Assembly: GCA_046352715.1 (NCBI GenBank)
Contig: JBHELM010000228.1
Location: 1 to 37,318, forward strand
Length of the DNA: 37,318 bases
Direction: 5' to 3'
From: Thermoplasmatota archaeon
Lineage (GTDB): Archaea > Thermoplasmatota > E2 > JACPAO01 > JAHFTW01
Position 1 is the first letter of the stretch. Each line of letters begins with the position of its first letter. The notes beneath the pieces were generated by a model. The model saw only the letters and a program-made list of their open reading frames with translations. It was not told the DNA's origin and ran no database searches. Positions 31,830 through 37,318 of this stretch are shown one piece after another. The translations under genes and the position numbers were made by a program.

Positions 31830-32059
31830 GGTCGGACTCCTGCGCCCCCACCTACCCGTCCGGCATCGAACCGGAGTGCTTCACCCACGCCGTCGGTGAT
31901 GTGGCCTGCAACCTCCAGGTGGAGCAGGTGCTCGCCGTCGAGCCGCTGCTCACCGACAACGCCAAGGCCAAGATGCTCCGCAAGTTCACCTCCATCGACC
32001 AGGAGCCGCAAGGCATCTACGGCCGCACGGTCGCCCGAATGCACAGGTGGGTGGCATGA
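31826..32059 (+). CDS. Hypothetical protein (77 aa)
   Basis: GTGA overlap plus codon bias. Confidence 0.55.
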   Translation: MRSDSCAPTYPSGIEPECFTHAVGDVACNLQVEQVLAVEPLLTDNAKAKMLRKFTSIDQEPQGIYGRTVARMHRWVA

Positions 32060-32472
32060 CGAAGGCTTACAGCACCGACCTCCGCCGCCTGCCCCGCTTC
32101 AGCGTCGGCAGCAAGCGCGAGCCCAACCGCTACCTCATCCTCGTCGCCCACGACCCCTTGTGGAACACGCGCGACGCGCCCCTCGTCACCTACCCCGGCG
32201 GCAAGGTCCTCGGCCAAGCCTGGCTGGAGAGCCGTGGACCGTGGCTCGCCATCCTGCACCGCGACTTGACGATGGGGCCGGAGCCCCACTACTCGCTCCA
32301 GGCGCTCGCTCCGACGCGGCGGCACTTCGGTCAAGCCCCGCTCCGCGCGCTCCATGAGGCCGCACAGCGGGAGGCCGAGCGCATCGTGCGGGACTGGAAC
32401 GAGTTCGGCGTCAAGCCGACAGGCGACCAGGTGTTCTACTGGTCGAACTGGACGGGGAGGAGGCAACCATGA
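32056..32472 (+). CDS. Hypothetical protein (138 aa)
   Basis: ATGA overlap at 32056. The track start GTG 32047 is the alternative. Confidence 0.6.
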   Translation: MTKAYSTDLRRLPRFSVGSKREPNRYLILVAHDPLWNTRDAPLVTYPGGKVLGQAWLESRGPWLAILHRDLTMGPEPHYSLQALAPTRRHFGQAPLRALHEAAQREAERIVRDWNEFGVKPTGDQVFYWSNWTGRRQP

Positions 32473-32639
32473 CGCCCGAGGTCGAGCGCCGCGTCGGCAA
32501 CGAGCGAGAGGGCGGCTACAAGTTCCGCGCCCGCGCGCCCTGCATCGACGGCACCCTCAACGACCAAGAGGTCCTTGAGAGGTTCATCCAGCACCAGAAG
32601 CGGACCTGCCCCTGCTTCGCCGGAGGGAAGCGGGCATGA
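32469..32639 (+). CDS. Hypothetical small protein (56 aa), not in the ORF track
   Basis: ATGA overlaps at both ends. Translation is MTPEVERRVGNEREGGYKFRARAPCIDGTLNDQEVLERFIQHQKRTCPCFAGGKRA. Third-position GC is high. Confidence 0.5.
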   Translation: MTPEVERRVGNEREGGYKFRARAPCIDGTLNDQEVLERFIQHQKRTCPCFAGGKRA

Positions 32640-33046
32640 CCGGGCGCGGCCCCATCAAGGACGGCCTCATGCGGCGCCGCCGCTACTACTCGAACAAGGG
32701 CACCCGCTACGAGTCCGCGTTCTCCAACCGGCACCCCCCACCCATCCGGCCGGAGGAACTCGTGGACCTGGAGGCGGACCTGCGGCGGCGTCGCCGCATC
32801 CCGGCGAGCAGGCACGGCGTCGCCATCCTGGAGGAGGCCCTGGCCTCCCCCGAGGTTCCCCCTCGCGCTCCCCCTCCTAGCCCCCTCGCCGTCGCCGACT
32901 GGTCGCGGTGCGCCGCCGTGAAGAACGACGGCGACCGCTGCACGAGGCCGGGCCGGAAGCCGCTGCTGCCGTGGGGCAAGGACCCCCGCCGCCTCTGTGG
33001 TCTCCATCACCGTGTTCGTGCGAGCGTCGAGGTGCTGCCGCTTTGA
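32636..33046 (+). CDS. Hypothetical basic protein (136 aa)
   Basis: ATGA overlap. The C-terminus is CAAVKNDGDRCTRPG ... CGLHH. Confidence 0.55.
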   Translation: MTGRGPIKDGLMRRRRYYSNKGTRYESAFSNRHPPPIRPEELVDLEADLRRRRRIPASRHGVAILEEALASPEVPPRAPPPSPLAVADWSRCAAVKNDGDRCTRPGRKPLLPWGKDPRRLCGLHHRVRASVEVLPL

Positions 33047-33429
33047 CGGGTGGCATCTTGGACGCGACGAGCGCGCCCTACGTCAAGCGGCACGTTGAGG
33101 GCGGGTCCTGGATGGGCGGCCCGCCGGAGTGTCCTCGGCGTGGGGAGGACGAGTGCCGGAACCGGGAGTGCTTGGGCATCGAGCATCGGTCGGCGCAAAA
33201 CATCATCCACGCGGTCCTCCTCGCGGCTGACAGGGACCTTGCGGAGAGCGGGTTCGTCGTCGTGAAGCGCGGCGACTTGGAGGCCCTGTTCGAGCGCGAG
33301 GCGGACGGGAGCCTGCGGCGCCCGAACAGCCGAATCACGCAGGACGGCCGCTCCACGGGCCGCTTCTTCGCGCTCGACCGCCTCCACGCGGTCTTGACCG
33401 GCAGCAAACCAGGCGAGGCGAAGGCTTGA
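33043..33429 (+). CDS. Hypothetical protein (128 aa)
   Basis: TTGA overlap with the upstream stop, plus codon bias. Confidence 0.5.
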   Translation: MTGGILDATSAPYVKRHVEGGSWMGGPPECPRRGEDECRNRECLGIEHRSAQNIIHAVLLAADRDLAESGFVVVKRGDLEALFEREADGSLRRPNSRITQDGRSTGRFFALDRLHAVLTGSKPGEAKA

Positions 33430-33632
33430 CGAGCCACGAGGCAACCGCCTTCACGGGCGACAAGACCAACCCGGCCGCCGTCGCCGCCCACCTCCACAAG
33501 GGCGGCCTGCGCGACCCCGAGGTTCTCACCGGGCCGCGTGGGTTGCGTTTCTTCAGCGACCACGGCCTCACGGAGAGCAACCAGGCGGCGGTCATGGAGC
33601 GCCTCAAGGTCCTCGTGCAGGAGGCGGCCTAG
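33426..33632 (+). CDS. Hypothetical protein (68 aa)
   Basis: TTGA overlap with the upstream stop, plus codon bias. Confidence 0.5.
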   Translation: MTSHEATAFTGDKTNPAAVAAHLHKGGLRDPEVLTGPRGLRFFSDHGLTESNQAAVMERLKVLVQEAA

Positions 33633-33637
33633 TGGCG

Positions 33638-33769
33638 ATGTGCCGGTGCGGGTTCGACGCGAAGGGCGGGCAGGGCCACCTTGACACGCACCTCGCGTTC
33701 TACGCCCGGAGCCCGCCTGCGGAGCGGGCGCGGCATGGTCGAGTCGAGCCCCAGGTGGCTCCGCGATGA
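33638..33769 (+). CDS. Hypothetical small Cys protein (43 aa; alternative start GTG 33632), not in the ORF track
   Basis: Translation is MCRCGFDAKGGQGHLDTHLAFYARSPPAERARHGRVEPQVAPR. Its stop overlaps the next ATG as ATGA. Confidence 0.4.
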   Translation: MCRCGFDAKGGQGHLDTHLAFYARSPPAERARHGRVEPQVAPR

Positions 33770-33903
33770 ACCGGCTACTCGGCGGGTCCGCGCGCCTGCC
33801 CGGTGGGCGCGTCGTGCCCTGCTGCGAGTGCCACGCCGCCATCGGCGGAGGCCCATGCCTCGCCTGCATCCGGGCGCCGTGCGGGGAGGGCTGCGACTCG
33901 TGA
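33766..33903 (+). CDS. Hypothetical small Cys-rich protein (45 aa), not in the ORF track
   Basis: Translation is MNRLLGGSARLPGGRVVPCCECHAAIGGGPCLACIRAPCGEGCDS. ATGA overlap at its start and GTGA overlap at its end. Confidence 0.4.
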   Translation: MNRLLGGSARLPGGRVVPCCECHAAIGGGPCLACIRAPCGEGCDS

Positions 33904-34703
33904 AGGCCACGCTCGTCATCCTCCTCGCCGCCTGCGTGACCTGCGACGCCGTGGTCGGCGCACCGTGCCGCTACGTCAACCGCACCACGAACCGGCGAGC
34001 CACCGGCCTCACCCCGCGCCCCCACGCCGCCCGCTGCACCCTCGCCCGGCGGCTTCTTCCCCTTCCCTCCTTCAAAGTCCTCACGAGCATCGGAGACACC
34101 GACATGCAACCCAACGACAAGGCGCCCCCAGCGGCGCAGGAAAGCCAGCCAGCGACCGACAAGAAGCCCCGCGCCGCCCCTGTGAAGGTGAGCCTGGGCG
34201 ACGCCAACGAGGCGCTCCTCGCCAGGATGAAGGCCGAGGTGAAGGTGCCCGGCACCGACATCGGGCTCCTCACGCGCGGCGTGGAGACCGTGCTGCGGGA
34301 CCTCCAGGAGCGCCTCGACGCGAAGGGGAAGCACCAGACCATCGAGGGTGTCCTGGGGCGGCAGGTGAGCGTTCCCATCACGGCGTCGGCGGTGGTCGTG
34401 TTCAACGTGCAGGTCGCGGACGACGAGCCGGTGAGCTACGCCTTCGGGCTCGTGCCCGGCCGTGAGGGGGTGCTGCCGTTCAATGTGGAGGTCGGTGCTG
34501 TCCGGCGTGCGCCGCTGGAGCCGGAGGGGCGGAAGGTTGTGGACATGGGGCCGGAGGTGGACCCGACGGCCACGCCGTCGCCGGTCGGGCTCACGGAGTC
34601 GGGCAAGACCGGCGCCGGGCCGTCCATCGACCCCGACCGCGACCCCACCGTCCTCGCCGCCGAGAGCGAGCCAGAGGTGGACCTCGAAGCCCGCGCGAGG
34701 TGA
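33900..34703 (+). CDS. Hypothetical protein with an N-terminal Cys-motif segment; a strong internal start at ATG 34104 may give a 199-aa short form
   Basis: GTGA overlap at 33900. CVTCDAVVGAPCRYV...RPHAARC resembles small phage zinc-finger proteins. No in-frame stop precedes 34104, which has GGAGACACCGAC upstream. Confidence 0.5.
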   Translation: MKATLVILLAACVTCDAVVGAPCRYVNRTTNRRATGLTPRPHAARCTLARRLLPLPSFKVLTSIGDTDMQPNDKAPPAAQESQPATDKKPRAAPVKVSLGDANEALLARMKAEVKVPGTDIGLLTRGVETVLRDLQERLDAKGKHQTIEGVLGRQVSVPITASAVVVFNVQVADDEPVSYAFGLVPGREGVLPFNVEVGAVRRAPLEPEGRKVVDMGPEVDPTATPSPVGLTESGKTGAGPSIDPDRDPTVLAAESEPEVDLEARAR

Positions 34704-34906
34704 GCCCCGCGCTCCTCCGCCTGCTGCGCCTCCTCCGCCCGGCACCTCAACCCCTCCCTCTTCGCACCCGTCCAACCTCCCCGCCACCGTCGGCGTCGGA
34801 GGCGTGTCGTGGCAAGCGTGTTCCCTGCTCGTGCGGCAAGGCGCACCGCCTCGGCAGCAAGGCCCACCACGCCTAGCAGCCAACCCTCCTCCCCCTTCAC
34901 CACTCC

Positions 34907-34942
34907 TTTATATCACCAGGCGACGCTTCGAGTGCAGGGATG
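34907..34942 (+). promoter_or_regulatory. Weaker promoter-like element P6 (short AT box)
   Basis: TTTATATCACCAGGCGACGCTTCGAGTGCAGGGATG, at the end of a 236-nt C/T-rich non-coding gap. Confidence 0.3.
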
Positions 34943-35686
34943 CCCCCCGAGAAGAGACTCATCACAGCGCCCACCTGGGAACGCCAGGACGACGAAGGCG
35001 ACGAAGCATGGCGCGCCTTCAAAACCTACCGCGACCTCGGCCTCGACCGCTCCCTAGACTCCGCACGGCAGCGCCTCGGCAACCCGTCGGAAGGCTACAC
35101 CCGCGTCCTTGAAGGATGGTCGAGCGAGTGGTCGTGGGTGCGCCGTTGCGTGGACTACGAGCGCCACCTGGACACGAAGCGCCGGGCGGCTGCGGAGGCG
35201 GCCATCGTGGAGATGGCGGAGCGGCAGGCGCGGGACGCCATGAGCCTTCAGGCGGGGCTTCGTCCGTTCTTCGAGGCGCTCGCCTCCATGTCGGGCAAGA
35301 CGGCCTCCGAGTTGGTGGAGATGTCGCCGGTCGCGCTTGGGGTGCTGATGAAGGAGTTGGCGCCCGCGTTCAAGGCTGCGGCCGAGGTGGAGCGCAAGGC
35401 GAGGGGTGTGGAGGAGGTCAAGGTGAGCCTCCAGGGCACGGTCGTCGTGGATGGCTTGCGGCAGGCGTTCATGGAGCGCGCTGCGCGTCGTCGCGAGGGG
35501 GATGGGATGCACTCGGTCGGTGATGGCGCTGTCCCGGCGCCGGAGGCCGGGAGTGAACCTGGTTCAAGTTCCGTGGGGTCGGTCGTGGCCGCCGCCGTTC
35601 AGGTCCCGGCGATTCTGTCGCCCATCCTAGACGCGGCTGAACAGGGTTCAGAAAGCGAGGAGGAGCAGCACCTCCTCCCCGACTAG
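34940..35686 (+). CDS. HTH DNA-binding protein, terminase small subunit-like
   Basis: EAWRAFKTYRDLGLDRSLDSARQRLGNPSEGYTRVLEGWSSEWSWVRRCVDYERHLD matches a pattern I recall from phage small-terminase/HTH proteins (AF..Y...G..RSl ... WS..w.W..R...yd). Confidence 0.55.
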   Translation: MPPEKRLITAPTWERQDDEGDEAWRAFKTYRDLGLDRSLDSARQRLGNPSEGYTRVLEGWSSEWSWVRRCVDYERHLDTKRRAAAEAAIVEMAERQARDAMSLQAGLRPFFEALASMSGKTASELVEMSPVALGVLMKELAPAFKAAAEVERKARGVEEVKVSLQGTVVVDGLRQAFMERAARRREGDGMHSVGDGAVPAPEAGSEPGSSSVGSVVAAAVQVPAILSPILDAAEQGSESEEEQHLLPD

Positions 35687-35875
35687 GCGTTTCCGTTCTG
35701 CCCATTCCTTGAAGGTCTTGGCGGGCAGGCGCTCCGCCGCCTTCATGGTGCGGCGGTTGGGCCAGCGGCGCGCGCCGCCCAGGTGGGTGAGGTCGTGGGA
35801 CTCTTGGCCCGTGGCGTCGCGGCCGTCGCGGGACCTCGTGGCGGACCCGCCGCGCGAGTTCTTGGCGCTCGGCAT
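35648..35875 (-). CDS. Hypothetical small protein (75 aa); the only candidate minus-strand gene
   Basis: Near-total third-position GC across 35705-35875, but that wobble phase is shared with + ORF 35709..36002. The minus translation is more protein-like. Its 3' end overlaps the terS-like gene by 39 nt. Confidence 0.4.
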   Translation of the reverse strand: MPSAKNSRGGSATRSRDGRDATGQESHDLTHLGGARRWPNRRTMKAAERLPAKTFKEWAERKRLVGEEVLLLLAF

Positions 35876-36586
35876 CCCGCAACCCCCCGGCTCCGTGCCC
35901 CCGGCAGGAAAGGTTCAAAGCCCGGCCGTGTCTTTGCCGGGTGGGCCGAGGACGCTGAAACCCCCTCGTGGGGCTGTGGCGGACTCCTCGAAAGAGGACT
36001 AAGGCCCACCGCCGTCCGTCGGACACGGGCCGCCCCGCATGGGGGGTGTTGGCCGTCGCCGCCTGCCTGGCGGGAGGTTGTCGGCAACCATGCACCCTCG
36101 CCCTCGGCGCGTGTGCGCCATGCCCGCCCAAGCAGGGCATCAAGATAGCAACCAACCTGTCGCAGGCCCCAGCGGTTCTCCTCTGGTTCCTGCGCTGCTT
36201 CCCCCGGCAGCGACCGGGGGCGGCGCCCCGGCGCCGATAGGCCAACCGCCTCCCCACGACCGACCCCGCCCGCCAGGGAAAGGGGACGCTCGGGCTCGAT
36301 GGGGCACCCTCGGGAGAGGGCGAGGCGCGCGGCTCCGGGCCATCTAGGCGCCGTCCAAGCGCGCGCTCCTCGGGACGCTGGGGGGTGCGTGGCAGCGGCT
36401 CACGGTATCCAACCCGTGCCGACTTCACCGTCGGGGTGCCTGTCGCCTCGCAGCCATCGGTTCACCCCCGTTTTGGGCGAGGAGAGAGGGCGCCCTGCTA
36501 AGGCGCAACCTGGGACCCCGTGCGGCGCACTTGGCTGCGTGGCATGGGTCGGGCCTTGGTCCCTCTCCTCGCCGGACCAACCGGCC
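35876..36586 (+). ncRNA. Candidate large structured RNA / ORF-free GC-rich helix-dense region (function unknown)
   Basis: No frame shows the codon bias seen in the genes. There are many perfect GC helices, including 7-bp 35941-47/36003-09 enclosing two hairpins (one with a GAAA loop), 7-bp 36201-07/36214-20, a GGGA-loop hairpin at 36307-20, and 11-bp long-range 36476-86/36563-73. Confidence 0.3.
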
Positions 36587-36635
36587 TAAATCTATATACT
36601 TAGCACACCTACGCGCAGGTGAGGCCAACCACTTG
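36587..36635 (+). promoter_or_regulatory. Promoter-like element P5
   Basis: TAAATCTATATACTTAGCACACCTACGCGCAGGTGAGGCCAACCACTTG. It begins with the same TAAATC as P4. Confidence 0.45.
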
Positions 36636-37318
36636 CCCGCCCTCCTCGCATACCACAGCAACCCAGAACTGAAGCGCAAGCGCATCGCCATCATGCGGCA
36701 GCACCGCAAAGCCGACCTCCTCGCCGCCGGAGCCACAGGCGTCCCCAGCATGGGACAGAAGGGCTGCGCCGTCGCCTGCACCGTGGACGGCTACAACCAC
36801 GCCCGCTACCCCGTCGAACTCGGTCTCCCCGAAGAACTCGCCCACCTTGAGGACGCCCTCTTCGAGTCTCTCCACCGCGTCGGCGCCAACAAGGCTGGGC
36901 AGGACTGGCCGGTCCAGTTCCTCGAAGCCATCCCCGTCGGCGCGGACACGCACAGGGCGCACCACCGCATCATGGCGCGCATCCTGCGCGAGGTCGCGCT
37001 CGCGCCCGACATGAAGGACGAGTGGGGCGTCCGCGTCGCCGTCGAAGCCGTCGCCGCCCTCCATGACCAGTCGGCGGGCGGGACGCTGATGTGCGCCATC
37101 GACTCCTGGGCCGCCGAGGCCGCCGGGGCCGCCTGGGCCGCCTGGGCCGCCGAGGCCGCCGGGGCCGCCTGGGCCGCCGGGGCCGCCGAGGCCGCCGGGG
37201 CCGCCTGGGCCGCCGGGGCCGCCGGGGCCGCCGGGGCCGCCTGGGCCGCCGGGGCCGCCGGGGCCGCCGGGGCCGCCTGGGCCGCCGAGGCCGCCTGGGC
37301 CGCCGGGGCCGCCTGGGC
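36633..37318 (+). CDS. 5' part of the triplet-repeat protein gene (about 158-aa N-domain, then (W/G/E/R)-Ala-Ala repeats); continues at 78..240 after overlap removal
   Basis: The frame is open from TTG 36633 to the window end. The N-domain is LLAYHSNPELKRKRIAIMRQH...GQKGCAVACTVDGYNHARYPVELGLPEELAHLEDALFESL. The ORF is absent from the track because it has no stop inside the window. Confidence 0.65.
   Translation, partial: MPALLAYHSNPELKRKRIAIMRQHRKADLLAAGATGVPSMGQKGCAVACTVDGYNHARYPVELGLPEELAHLEDALFESLHRVGANKAGQDWPVQFLEAIPVGADTHRAHHRIMARILREVALAPDMKDEWGVRVAVEAVAALHDQSAGGTLMCAIDSWAAEAAGAAWAAWAAEAAGAAWAAGAAEAAGAAWAAGAAGAAGAAWAAGAAGAAGAAWAAEAAWAAGAAW
37107..37318 (+). repeat. 9-bp in-frame tandem repeat NRG-GCC-GCC, 23.5 units (proximal half of the array)
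   Basis: Direct reading gives the unit order W E G W W E G W G E G W G G G W G G G W E W G W(partial). Confidence 0.95.

Noticed and set aside
33078-34883. 601-aa minus-strand ORF, plus other long antisense ORFs (8295..10121, 5374..6645, 6955..8337)
   Set aside because: The translations are Arg/Gly/Pro-rich nonsense. The + strand is tiled by translationally coupled ORFs with strong third-position GC.
35911-35927. tRNA T-arm-like GGTTCAAAGCCCGG, suggesting a tRNA, tmRNA or attP fragment
   Set aside because: The flanking bases cannot form the T-stem, acceptor stem or the rest of a cloverleaf on either strand.
35709-36002. 97-aa + strand ORF sharing the wobble phase with the minus ORF 35648..35875
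   Set aside because: The translation is Arg/Pro/Trp-rich and implausible, and the codon bias stops about 100 nt before its stop codon. It is not fully excluded.
36275-36310. RNase P RNA-like string AGGGAAAGGGGACGCTCGGGCTCGATGGGGCA (compare GAGGAAAGUCCGGGCUCCAUAGGGCA)
   Set aside because: Only a loose local resemblance. The other universally conserved RNase P segments (for example ACAGAACCCGGCUUA) are absent from the region.

Overview
The window reads as one complete, circularly closed, high-GC tailed-phage genome with siphovirus-like architecture. The last 77 bp (37242..37318) are identical to the first 77 bp (1..77), so the unique length is about 37,241 bp. The join falls in-frame inside a gene made of 9-bp tandem repeats. 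All convincing genes but one are on the + strand. They are packed tightly, with at least 24 NTGA start/stop overlaps.

Gene order:
- A triplet-repeat protein that wraps the junction, then a beta-helix protein and small ORFs.
- terL.
- A 4-gene insert with its own promoter-like element and a closing hairpin.
- Portal, MuF/SPP1-gp7 head morphogenesis protein, protease/scaffold, major capsid, connectors and major tail protein.
- Tail chaperone with a canonical -1 frameshift site, tape measure, a 1135-aa tail-tip protein and tail/fibre-like proteins.
- Two small membrane (holin-like) proteins, then a strong hairpin.
- About 14 kb of early or accessory genes: a PD-(D/E)xK-like nuclease, winged-helix proteins, a SEC-C motif protein, an ASCH-like protein, an ERF-like annealing protein, Gp37/Gp68, an MmcB-like nuclease and many small Cys-rich ORFs.
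- A terS-like HTH gene.

I could not recognise an endolysin, integrase, repressor, polymerase, helicase or primase.

Observations most worth a second look:
1. A roughly 710-nt ORF-free but GC-rich, helix-dense region (35876..36586), which may be a large structured RNA. The only minus-strand ORF lies next to it.
2. A family of 5-6 conserved AT-rich promoter-like elements with a shared downstream box and CA-rich leaders. Two copies are 37/38 identical.
3. A twice-occurring 22-nt intergenic motif that carries a 3-codon mini-ORF.
4. The 35-unit NRG-GCC-GCC coding repeat.
5. A G8 tract at a gene junction.

All functional calls rest on motif recognition and gene order. No database search was possible.
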